A stretch of DNA of 64,000 nucleotides. Source: a virus (taxonomy: Duplodnaviria > Caudoviricetes). Shown here one piece after another: positions 45,861 through 58,100 of this stretch. Both the position numbers and the translations under genes were made by a program. Below the pieces are notes generated by a model that made no database searches, was not told where the DNA came from, and saw only the letters and a list, made by a program, of their open reading frames with translations. Location of the stretch: positions 1 through 64,000 of IMG/VR virus record IMGVR_UViG_2912740531_000001; one strand, written 5' to 3'. Every line of letters begins with the position of its first letter. The first letter of the stretch is position 1.

Positions 45861-46178
45861 TCACCCTCTACCAAGATCATTCTTGCCCAATTGGGCAAGT
45901 CCGCCGGATCGGCTCCCCGGTACGCGCACCTGCCTCGGCACGCTCCCGCTCTCCTCGATGACGTTGGTGTACTCGCGGAGGACCGCGAGGACGGACGCCT
46001 CGTCGCCCCCGGCAACGGCCGTCATGGGGCCGGTCGGTGACAGGGCGACGGTCTCGCCCAGGTGGAGCTCCACCAGGGCCGCGGTCCGGTACGACCCGAT
46101 CACCGGGCGGTCAGCCCGCCCGGTGATCTGCACTGTGTAGGTCGCACCGTCGTCGAACGAGCCGGTGACGGTGAGCAC
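45861..46178 (-). CDS. Small hypothetical protein following the giant gene
   Basis: RBS AGGAGG directly after the giant gene's stop codon. Confidence 0.72.
   Translation of the reverse strand: MLTVTGSFDDGATYTVQITGRADRPVIGSYRTAALVELHLGETVALSPTGPMTAVAGGDEASVLAVLREYTNVIEESGSVPRQVRVPGSRSGGLAQLGKNDLGRG
45872..45900. repeat. 29 bp element with an 18 bp perfect palindrome, copy 2
   Basis: CAAGATCATTCTTGCCCAATTGGGCAAGT. Confidence 0.85.
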
Positions 46179-46189
46179 TGCATGCCTCC

Positions 46190-49100
46190 TTATCGAGTGG
46201 CCATCAGGCCCAGGAGGAACGCCCGCAGGTCGTCGTCCTGGTACCAGTCGCCGTTAAACATGGCCTGAACGGACCGCGCGAGACTGTCACCGGTCTCCGG
46301 TTGCGTCTGCTGCCGCCGCAGGAGTCGGTCCAGTGCGCTGCGCCGCATGCGGCGGGCGCCGGGCCGGCCGGTGTGCGTCCTGGTGAACCAGAACGCGCGC
46401 TGCGCGGCGTCCAGGTCGCCGAGGTGGCGGGCGAAGTGCTGCGCCAGGGCGTGCCCGGCGGTGCCCAGTCCTTCGTCGGCCAGGTCGGCGACAGTGATCC
46501 GCTGTCCCTCCGGCTCGTAGCGGCCCTGCGTGCCGTCGACGGCCGTCAGGCGGCGCGACTCGGGGGTGTTGAGCCACGCCCGAGGGATAAGGCGCTGCAC
46601 GCCCCGTACGGCCCGTTCGGCGTCCGGGTTGGTGTCCGGGCCGAACACGATCGCGGCGTTGCCTTCGGGGCCCATGTCGCGGATGTCGGCAAGGGCTGCG
46701 GCGACGGCGTCGGGGACCGCGGCGGCGTACCGGGCCCGCAGGCCGGCGTACTCCCGGCGGGCGGCCGTCAACTCCATGCGGGCCGCGTCGATCTCGACCT
46801 CGAGGTCCGGGTCATCCGGGATGGTCGAGCCGCTGCGGGCCGCCTGCAGGTTGACCAGGCGCCGCTCGCTGGTGGCCACGTAGTCGTCAGCGTGCTGCAG
46901 CGTGGCGTGCGGGTCGTCGCCGAAGTCGTCGCCGAGGGCTGCGGACAGACGGCGGGTCACGTCCTGGTCGACGTCGCTGCCGGCCGCCCGCAGGGCCGCC
47001 ATGTGGCGGAGCGCGGTCAGGCCGGGGCCACCGTCGGCCGCCCGGTCCGGCGCCCACTGGATACGGTCTGACCGGTCCGGGAGCCGTCCGGCTGCGAGCC
47101 GTCCCCACGTCGTCGGGCGCCGGAAGGTGACGCGCTGCTGCGCCTGCCCGAACCGCCCCGGTTCCGGCATCAGTCCGGCCCAATGAGAGATCCGCGCCGC
47201 CAGCGATTCGCCGTCCGCGTCGGGCAGGTTCACCGCACGGTGCAGACGCGCCAGGCGGCGTGACTCCGGCCACTGCCGGACACGGCGGACCATACGGCCG
47301 AGGAATGCCCGCAGGCGGGCCAGGCGCTCCCGTGCAGTGCTGTACTTCTCGGCGATCTTTCGTGCTCCGGCCTTCACTAGTTCCGCGAGGCGCTTGGTCA
47401 TGCGGATCAGGAGAGCAACGATCCGAGCGAGGAGGCCCGGCTGTCGGCCGGCGTCCGGGGACGCCGCGGCGACCCGGGCGGCGATCCGGCGGGCCGTGGC
47501 CTGCCGGGAACCGGCCATGTGCTGGGTGAGGATGCGGGCGATCCGCTCGGCGTCGCCCGGGTCCACGCCCGCGGCCTGGAGCTGCTGCAGGAGCGCGTTC
47601 ACCGCGTCGTCGGCGTGCCCCGTGACCGCCTGCGTGACGTCCGGGTCGGAGTCGGGATCCGTCGTGGACGGTCGACCCGCCACCTGGTCAGGGATGAGAC
47701 GCAGTAGGTCCCGTGCGCGGGCCGCCAGGTCCTCGTCGCTCTCGTCGGGGAGCGGCTCGAGGTCGTTGATGGTGCGCAGGGCTGCCCGCACGGTGTCCGT
47801 GTGCGCCTGCTCGCGGGTGTCGCGGAGACGCCGCTGGGCGGCGGCCCGGTCTCGTCCGGTGATGCCCGCGGCGTCGAGCGCGGCGGCCGCGTGGCGTCGG
47901 GTCGCCTGGCGGGCATCGCTCAGGGCCTCCGGGGTGAGGCGCTGGGCGATCTGCTCGCGCAGGGCATGGATGTCACCGGGCGGCTCCGTGCCCGCTGTGG
48001 CCTCGTCGATGATGCGCGCGGCCAGGCTGCGGGCGTGGTCGCTGACGATCCGGTCGACGTCGGCCTGCTGCACCTGGTTGGGATCGCGGGGCGTACCAAC
48101 CGGCGGGAGGGCCGGGGTGGGCCGGTTCCGGTCGTAGACGTTCACCGTACGGCCGTTGTGCAGACCGAAGTCGTGGACGTTGCCCTCCTCGTCCATGCCC
48201 GTGAGCTGCGTCCACCAGCCGTTGCGCTGCGGCTCGCCGATGATCGTCAGCCGCCGGTGGCCATTGAACTGGTAGCCGGTCCGGCTCACGGGCGCGTCGA
48301 TGACGTCGCCGTCTCGCAGGCTTCCCGGGCGGACCCGGGCGACGGGCACCGAGGGTTCGTCCGGCGAGCTCAAGGTGTCCGGGGTAGCCGGAGTGGTCGG
48401 GGCGTCCGGGGTGGTGTCCGTGTCGTCGACGTCGGGCGGGGTGACGGGGTCCGGCTCGGCCTCGGGGAGCTGCCACACGGGCATCGCCCCGTGGACGACG
48501 CGACGCCGCCACTGCTGGTTCTCCTGATCCTCCAGGAGGAAGCTGCGCACGCCGCCGGGGCCGTCTTCGGCGTCGATGATGCGGAAGACACGCACCTGGT
48601 CGCCGCGGCGCTCGTCGGGCATGGCCACCAGGTCGCCATCCCCAACCTGAGCGGCGTTCGACGGGCGAGGCCGGTCGAGGCCCTCGGGCGGGGTACGGCC
48701 GGCGGCTCGGTCGAGGTGGTCCGCGGCCCGCAGAGCGGCGCGGCCCTCGAGAGTCGACGGGTCCGCGGCCGCGCGCAGTTGGGTGGCGAGTGCCGAGGCC
48801 TGCTCCGGGGTGACGGGCAGATCCGCGGTGATACGTACGGCGGCCTGGTGGGCGTCGGGGTTGTCCTCCGGGCCGTCGGCGTGGTCGCCGATGACGTCCC
48901 GGTCGCCCGCGGTGAGGTCCGGGTCGACGGTCGGGCCGGTTACCGGCTCCACCGTGTAAGGCGCGGGGTGCACAGTCAGGTCGTCGGCCGGTCGGGGGGC
49001 ATCGTCCGGACCGAGCTCCGGGGCGCCGCCGTCCGGGCCCTGGGCGCGAGGCAGTACCGCGCGGGCATCGACGTCGATCTCGCCCATCTCGCCCGTCGTG

Positions 49101-52100
49101 GTGTCGGCGTATTGCAGGGTGACGCGGTCTCCGTCTCTGCTGGGCTCACCGGTGATCGCGACGGTGGCGAGGTGGCCGTCGAGGTCCAGGACCACGACGT
49201 CGCCGTCCTTGAGGTCCGCGGCCGCGGGCTCGTCGATGCCGGTCACCGGTTCCGGGGCGTCGTCGCGCACCTCGCCGGTGACGCGAAGGTCTCCGGCGCT
49301 GCGGGTGATGGTGCCGTCGGCCGTGGTGATGGTGACGGTGTCTCCATCGACGTCGTCGACGGGGCCGAGGAGGGCCCCGTCGTTGTCACTGACGACGCTC
49401 TGCGTGGTCACCCGGTGCCCGTCGGCGGTCCAGCCGTCGGGGCGCTGCCCGTAGGTGACGGTGACCGTCGTCGGCGAGACCGCGGTGTCGTCGTTGCCGT
49501 CGGACCAGTGCACCGAAACGGTGGTGTCGGTGGCGCCGGTGACGGTTCCCCCACGGTCGTCGGTGCTGGTGACGGTGCTGCCGGGGAACAGACCACGGCC
49601 CCCGCCGTCGGTGGGGATCTGGTCGGGCAGGTCGCCCGAGCGGAGCGCGGCCTGGGCACCGCTGGCCGGGGACCCGGGCACAACGTCGTCCGGCGCCTCG
49701 GCGCGCGCCGCGGTCGCGTTGACCGATGTGTAGACGTTTCCGCTGGCGCCGGTGCCATCCGGGTTTTCCGTGACCCAGGTACGCCACATCTGATCGGTGC
49801 GACCGCGGCGGGTGACGTCGACCAGCACGGGCCCTTGGTGGACGTACCCGGCGCGCTGGACGGGACGGCCGTTCTTGGTGGTGCCGTTCATGCGGACCAT
49901 GTCACCGGGCACGAGGTCCTCGACTCGGGCCCAGTGTGCGGGCTGTCCGCCGATCGGCTCAGGGTCGGGCTCCGGCTCGGGCTCCGCCGGCGGACGGACG
50001 GTGTCCTCTGGATCCTTGACGGGCTCCGGCGTCGGCACCGCGGGGGACGGCGTGGTGCCGTCGCCCTGCGGCTCGTCCTCGGCGCGGGGCCGCTCGGTGT
50101 CGCTGTCCGGCCCGCCGAGGCCCTCGAGGAGGCGGCGGGCCCAGAAGGCGCGCGCGTCAAGGTCGTTGAGGACGTCGCGCTGCTCTCCTCCTCGCTGAGT
50201 GTCGGGCAGGAGGCCACGCAGCCATGCGAAGTCGTCGCGCGCCTGGACTAGGTCGTCCCTCAAGTCCCCGCTGGGCGACCGCTGGTCACGGAAGGCGTCG
50301 ACCGTGCCGGTCAGCCGCTCATAGCGGGCGCGCGCCTCCGGATTGTTGCGGAGGGACTCCGGCAGTTCCGGCAGCTCCCGCGTCATGCCCGCCAGGTGCA
50401 CGGTCACGGTGTCCCACACGTCGTCGCTGGGGTTCGCCGGGTCCGCGGGGCCGTCCTGCAGGGCGCGGATGACCAGGTTGGCGATGGCCGTGTCACGGCT
50501 CTGGGAACGGCTGTTCAGGTCGTGATCCAGGCCGAAGAACGGGTGGGCGTCCCACACCGGTTCGCGGTCGGGGTCGGACCGGTAGAGGTTGGAGATGGTG
50601 CCGATCTGCTGGCCGTCGAGCCACACGGACTCGGATTCGCCTGCAGGGCGCAACTCGGCCCGGTCAGCGAACTCCTTCATCCGGTCATGTCCGCCGAACC
50701 GGAATGCGGCGTCTTCCTCGCTCTCGACATCCGCGGGGTTGAACGGCGGCGGCGGGGTGACGTCATCGGCCGTGAAGGGGGCCGTGTCGTCCGGGGCGCC
50801 GCTCTCGGTTTCGGCCGCGCGGCGCTGCTCCTCCTCGAACAGGTCTCGGTCTCTGCGGTCTCCGTCGCGGCGTGACTGCTTGAACTGTGCGAACGTCTGG
50901 CGGCCGCCGTTGTTGTCGAACCACTCCTGCAGTTCCTCGCTCGCGTACTGCCTCCACCGGTCGCGCGCCGACAGGCTGCCACCGGAGAACAGCTCTCGCT
51001 CGTCGAAGGGCAGAGCGCCGAACTTGTACTCGCGCTTGAAGAAGTAGCCGTTCGTGAAGTCGACAGCCTGGCGGTAGCGGGCCTCGTCCCAATCGGCGAA
51101 CTCGGCACGCAAGACACGGTCGGCCTCCCGCTGCCGGTACTGCGGATACGTGAGCCGGCCGTGGCCGACGTTCTCGTCATCGCCGTCGATCCAGAGGTTC
51201 AGCTCAGGCGAGGCCAGTTCCTTCGCGCGCTTGTTGCTGTACTTGGTGCCGGAGAACACGGCGCGCGGATCAATGCCCTGGGCCTCGGCCTCGGAGCTGA
51301 GCATGCGCCCACCAGTGGCCTCCATGGCTGCCTGGAAACGCTCCTCATCGAGGGCGTCGAACTCTCGGCGCAAGCGTCCGGGGGCGGCCGAAGCGGGCTG
51401 CGTGACGTCCGTGTCGCCGAAGCCGAGGGCCTCATCCATGGCACGGCCGCGGCGCTCCGCCTCTTCGGCGTCCGCCGGCGGAGTGTCCGGTACGGCAGCA
51501 CGGATCCGCTCGTCGACGTAGCCGTCGCGGCGGTCCATCTCCGCCATGACGCGCAGTTCGTCATCCGGGCCCAGGCCCTGCCGGTAGGCGGCCTCGAGCT
51601 CCGGGTCGCTCAGGGTGGAGAGGTCCTCGGGCAGGGTGAACGCACCGCTGCGCTCCTGCTCGTAGTCGTCCTGCACTGCGCGGAGCGCTTGGGGGAGGCT
51701 GCGGCCTTCCCCATCACGCCACGCGAGCGCGCTAGCCGGGCCCCACGGCTGGTGCCAGTCGAATGGGTCGCCGTTGCGGTCGGTTATCTCCTCGAACCGC
51801 CCGGCGAGGGTCCGCGCCTCTTCGGGGTCGTCCGAAGTCAGGGTGAGGCCGGGCAGGTTGGTGCCGTTGCGGGCCTGGGCGAAGCGCCACACGGTGGAGC
51901 CGTCGGCCTGCGGCTCGGGGTACACCGCCAGACCGCCCTCGGGCGACAGAGCGAGGCCTTCCCGGTCCGCCAACTCGGCCAGGTGGGAACGCCGCTCGGG
52001 GGTGTCCTCGGCCGCTGTGAGGTCCTCTCCGGTCCGCCAGGCGTTCCGCAGGGAGTCAACGTCGCGGTGACGGGAGCGGCGGGATCGGCCACCGTCACGG

Positions 52101-55100
52101 TTGCCGGAGGAACCGCTGCCGCCCTCGCCGCCGTCCCCGGTCGCGTCGGGGACGTTGAAGTCCGGCAGGTTCAGGTGCGGCAGGCCGGGCCCACCCGGAC
52201 CGCCACCGCCGGGGCCGCCGTTGCCGCCACGGTCACGGCGGCGACGCCGACGCCTGCGCCGCTTCTCGTCGTCTTCGTCGCCCTCCGGGGCGTCCTGGTC
52301 GTTGTCCTCGCTCTCCGGGCCGTCGCCCTCGCCGCTGCTCGAGTCGTTGCTGTCGTCGCCGTCGGGCGTGCCTGCGTCGCCGCCGTCGGGCTCGCCATCA
52401 GGGTCGGCCGCACCGCCGTCGAGATCGCCGTCGCGGTTCCGCTGGCGGCGCTCCTCGTCGTCCTGGTCGTCGTTCTGCTGCTCGTCCTCCTCGCCCTCCT
52501 GGGCGCCCCCGTCCGTCGCCTCGTTGCGGTTGTCGTCGTCCTGGCCGTCGTTGGACGCGCCGTCGGTGCTGCGGTCGTCGTCCTGGCCGTCGGGGTCGTC
52601 GCCGCGGCGTTCATCGCTGTCGTCCTGCTCACCGCGAGCGATACGTGCAGCGCGGCGGAATCGATCGGCGGCGAGCTCACCCTGCGGGCCTGCGAGCTCA
52701 TACTGCTCGGCGAGCGCGTCGATCCGGTCTGCGATGTCGCGGAGCTCCGCATCCCGATCTTCGGATGAGTCGGCGCGGTCGAGACGGTCGACGAGCTCCT
52801 GCATCTCCGGCAGCGACTCGCCGCCCACGGCGTTCATGCCCTCGCCGAACAGGCCCTGCGCCCGGCCGGCACGGTCGTCGTCGTTCGGGCCGTCCAGGTC
52901 CGGGCCGTTGTCGGGGCCGTCAGCGTTTCCGTCGGTGTTCTGGAAGTCCGGATACCGAAGGTCGCGCTCGGCCTTCATGCGGGCTGCGGTGGCCCACGAC
53001 CTGGTCCTGCGCGTCTCGTACGGCAGCTCAAGGTCCGGGTCGTCGAACTGGCTCTCCAGCCACGCGGCCTCGTCGCGGATCTGGCGGAGGTCGCCCTGCA
53101 GATCGTCCGTCTCGCCCCGGCTGACGCGCTGGATGAGGTCCTGCAAACGCTGGATGCGCTCCGGGTCCTGTAGGCCTTCCCTGCTCTGGAGGGTGGCGAT
53201 GTCGTCGCCGATGTCGGCCATGCGGGCGCGGAGTTCGTGCCGCCATGCCGGCGTCGGCTCCGGCCGCGTACGGTCGCTGGCCCACGCGAAGGTGTCGTCG
53301 GGGTGGCTCAGGAAGACGGGGCTGATGTCCGAGCGGGAGCCGTCGAGATTGGAGACGGACAGGACCATCGTCCCGTTGTCGTTCCGGCTCACGCTGTTCA
53401 CGCGGACCGGCTGCCTCCAGCCCACGGGGTACGGGCGGCCGTTCCCGTCCTGCCGCGTGATCGGCACGCGGATGACGTCGTTCTCGGCCACGTCGTCGCG
53501 GTCGCCGAGGGCCCACCCCTCGGGTGCCTCGCTGCGGGCCTGCTCCCGCCGGGCGTCTTCGTCGGCGTTCTCACGGCGGACGTCGCGGTTGCGGACGAGC
53601 GCGGCCACGGCCTCCGCGCGTCTCGCGTAGGAGTCGGGGGAATCCTGCCCGTCAGCGTTGGTGTACCGCCACTTGCGAGCGAGTTGGCTGACGGTGCCGG
53701 CGTCCTCGCCGTCGACGGTCACCGGGTACGAGCCGTCATCGTTCCGCTTGCCGATCTCGGCCCGCGCGAGCGCTTCGGCCCGCTCCTGCTTCTTCTTCTC
53801 CTTCTTCTCACGGTCCCGGCGGGCGTTGTCGCGATTGCGCTGCTCCTCGTGCAGCTTGCCGCGGCGGCTGGCGACAGGGGAGAGCGCGAGCATGGCGTTG
53901 CCCTGAATGCGCGGGCCTTCCCCGGTGCGCGAGACGTGCCGGTTCTGCCACGCCTGCAGCTCCTCGAGCTCGGCCTGGATGTCCTCGTCGGTCATGTCCG
54001 CCGGCGACGTGTCCCGGATCGGCGCGTCGGGCGCCGTGGCGCTGTCGGCCGTGTCCCTGTCCTCGGACTGCCCCGGGCGCTGCCAGGCGTCCCACTGCTC
54101 GGGGGTGAACCGCTCCACGAGGCCACGGGGCGGCATGGTGACGGTGTGCTGGGTCGGGTCGCCGGGCTCCCACTGCTGCCGGTCGTCGTTCCAGCGTCGC
54201 GACTGGTAGGTGACGAGAGTGCGGCCCTGGTCCCCGGACGCAGAGGCGGCCCGCCCCTTGAAGGTGCCGTAGTACGGGGCAAGGCTGCGGTCGCGGTCGG
54301 CAGGGTTCTCGGCGTCGAACCGGACGAGGTCGCCATCGCGGATGTCCCACGGGTGGAACAAGGTCCCGCCGTTGGGGCCGTCGCCCTGGGGCTCCGGTTC
54401 CCGCTCGGGCAGCGCGGCGAGCGCGCGGTCGAGGTCCTGGCCCAAGTCGAACAGACCGGCCCGGACGGACTGCGCCTCGTCGGACTCGGGCAGGAGGTCC
54501 CGAGTCAGTCGTCCCGCGACGTAGTCGAGCTGTTCGCGGACGCGCCGCAGGTCCTCGCGGGCGTCGCCGGTCGGCGGGTCTCCGGCGAGGATCCCATCGA
54601 GGGACTCGCGGATCTTGGCGTAGTCGCCGCGGATACGACGGACGTCGTCCTTGTGCTGCCGGGACAGGCCCGTGAGGTTCGGCAGGGGCGGGAGCTCGGG
54701 CAGACGGTCGAGGACGGTGCGGGCGGTCTCCGTCTCGTCTCCCGGAGTGTCCGAGGTCTCGGGGCCGTCAGAGCCTTCCGCGGTACCGGGGGCCTCGGGG
54801 GTGTCCGGGGTGCCGTTGGTGATGAGGTCCGGCGTGCCGAACTCGTCAGTCGGCCGGGGCGCGTTCGGGTCCGCGGTCGGGGCCGGACGCTCGTCCTGGC
54901 CGAAATCGTCCGGGGTCATCTGCGTCCACGGCAGGCCATCGCCGGCGTCGCTTGGCTCCCGGTCCGGCACTATGCCGGGCTTGGCCGTGCCGAAGGTGGC
55001 GTCGGTGCGGGGCACTTCGAGCTCGACGTCCTCGTCACCGCTGCGGCCGGTGATTAGGACCTGGCCCATGTCACCGCGGCGGATCTCGGAGACCTCTAGC

Positions 55101-58100
55101 GGCTCCGACCAGCCGGTCACGACGCGTCGACGGTTGTCTTCCGAGCGGCCCAGCTCGGGCACACGGATGGTGTCGTCCGGCTGCACGTCGTCCCACGCCG
55201 AGTGCTTCCAGCCCTCACCGGCCCGCTCATTGCGGGCGTCGGTGAGCTTGTTGAGCGCGGTGATGGCGGCCGCGCGAGTCTTGTACCGCTCACTGGTCGG
55301 GGTCCGGCCGTCGCGGTCGACGAACAGCCACTTCCCCTTCTTCTCCTGGTAGACGATCCCGATGGGTGCACCGTCTCGGCCCTGGACCTGCTCAGCCTTC
55401 TTCGCGGCCAGCGCGGCAGGGTCACGGACGAGGCTGGCCAGGGCCCGGCGGTGCGACTCGTCGCGTCGGCGCGCAAAGTTCCGTTCGGACCGAGCGGTGG
55501 TCAGGGCGTGGATGCGGGCGCTGACCTGCCGACGCACGGTCCGGGCCGCCGGATCGTTGCCCTCGGGGAGGGTGGCGCCCTCAAGGTGTGCCAACTCCGC
55601 CGCGATCTGGTCGTCCCGCATGGTCTTGGGGTCGGTGGCTCCCGGGCGGGGCGTGCCGTCGTCGGCAGGCTCGTCGAACATCGTCCTGATCTCGCCGCCG
55701 CGGCGGCGGGCGAGGACGCTGTCGTACGGAGTGGGCCCGCGGCCCTGCAGGCGCAGGTTCTTCGGGCCAATGGAGTCGACGGTGTCCCAGGAACGGCCGG
55801 TCCACACTTCGTCGCCCGGCAGGAAGTCGGTGACCGCCCAGGTCCCCGCCGGGGCGAAGTAGTGCCCCTGGAGCTGCTCGAGCTGCTCCTCGGAGAGCTC
55901 CGGCTTCTCGGTCGACTCTTCCGGGGCCTGGTAGGCGACATTCCGCCCGTCCAGCCACTCCTTGAGTCGACGCACCTTGTCCTCGCGGCGGGACAGCGTC
56001 ATGTTGCTGGGCAGGTAGAAGAACCGGGGTTGTGTCCTGTCCCGGCTGGCCTTGAATCCCAGGCTTCGCAGCACCGCGAACTCTTCGTCGCTGACCATGC
56101 CGTTCGGCGTGGGGAAGCGAACGACGGTCCCGGTGCCGCTGTGGTCGATGGTGACCTGGTTGGGGGCCGCGGCAGGCTCGGCGGCCGCCGGGGCATCGGC
56201 ATCGCTCGGTGCGTCGGCAGCGTCCGGGGCCGGGGCCTCGGCCTCCGGCGTCTCGCCCGCCGGGGAGTCCGCGGACGGGGCGGCGCCCTCGGGGGCGTCT
56301 GTCTCGGGTACTTCGGGAGCGTCCTCGTCCGGGTGCAGTACGCGCAGTTCTCGGTCCGCGGCGAGGAAGTGCTCGCCACCGTTCTCGTCGACGACGCGGA
56401 TACGGCCTCGGGGGGTACGCAGCGGCGGCTCCGCCACGGTGTGCGTGCGCCCCTGAGTGTCGACGAACCGGTCTCCCTCCTCGAAGTCCATCGGCTTGCG
56501 GGACTGCGGGGGGCGCAGCTTGCTCGTGTCGCGGCCCTCGGCGTCGGCGAACATGTCCGGCGTGCCAAAGGGATCGTCGGCCTGGTCGTCCGGGTTGTTC
56601 GGGTCGGCCACGAACTGCTGCTGTTCCTCCGGGCCGACGTCGAACAGGCCGCCGGGCTCCTCCGCGGGCGCCTTCGGCTTGGGCTTCGGCTCCTCCTTCG
56701 GCTTCCGGCCGGCGCGGCGGGCCTCCTCCGCCTCGAGGACTCGCAGGCGGGTGCGGTCGACGCCGGACAGCTCGCCGCCGTTGGCCATCTCCCGCTCCAT
56801 CAGGGAGACGATCTCGTCGCGGATCTCCCCGTCGTCCATAGAGGACGGGGCTTTGGAACCTTCGGGGCGTACCGCGTCGATCTGCGGGGACACCTCGTCG
56901 GGGGTGAGGGTGACGGTGGTGTTCGCCTCCGGGGCGTCAGGTTGGGGGACGTCCGGCTTCGGGGCGTCGGACTCGGCCGCCGTACGCTTCCGCTTCTTCT
57001 CCGTGATTGCGCGGGAGTCGGCCTCGAACCGGTCGGCGTTGTCGTCCAGGCCCTCCTCGAGCCGGTGCAGCGCCTTTGCCAGGTCCTGCGTGACGCCCTC
57101 GGTGTCCAGCTCGTGGAGAGCGGTCAGGGCGCCATGCATCGCGTCGGCGTTCTCCTGGTAGCCGTCAGTGCCCTTTGGGGTGTCCGTGACGTTCTGCATG
57201 TGCTGGGCCAGGGTGCGGAATTCCTCCGGCGCTCCGTCCGGCCACTGCTGCTCGGCGAGCTCGTTGACCTTGCCCCAGTCGCTGAGGACGCGCGCGGCCG
57301 CCCGCTTGGCGTCGCCACTGTTGGGGTGCTGCTGCGTGCGGTCGGGGACGTCGCGGAGAACATCCTCCGGCCGCCGGCGGGCCTTGGGTACTACGGTCAG
57401 TGTGTCGCCGGGGCGCGTGCCGAACTGGTCGATCTCGCCGCGGCCGCCGAGGTTGCGGGTGGTGAAGGTGCGGCCGCCCTGGTAGCGGTCGATACGCCCG
57501 ACCACGTGCCCAAACTCCCCGCGTGCAATGACGTCCCCGACCCGGACGCGGTCGGCACGGAGTTCCTCGGGCGTGAAGCCATCGGTGTGCCCGGACACGG
57601 CGACCTGGCTCGGCATACGCAGGACACGTGCGGTGTCCCCGGACACCATCACCTTGCCGTCCGGGCCAGTCAGCGTGACGTCCACCAGGGGAGCGCCACG
57701 GGTCCCCGGGCCCCCCGAGAACGTGGGGGCAACGGTGCCCTCAACGGTGACCGTTCCCGGCTTGGGCTGATTCCGAGTGCTCATCGGCCACTCGATGTCG
57801 CTGCTGGAGACGGTGACCTTGACGCGGTCGCCGGGCTTGAGGGCCTCACGACTGACCGGCGCGGCCGAACCAGCGTCTGCGGCCGGGGCCACAGGCTCGG
57901 ACGGCCGTGGACGCGCGGCCGCGGGCTTCTTCGCCGCGGGCTTCTTCTTGCTGCTGTCGAACTCCTGGCGAGCCCGCTCGATCGCGGCCCGAATGTTCTC
58001 ACCCCTGCTGGACTGCCACGTCCGGGCTACCTCGTCCAGGTTCGGGTCGGTGAAGTCGAACACTCGACTGTCAGGGCCGAGACCGTCACCCGTACCCGAA

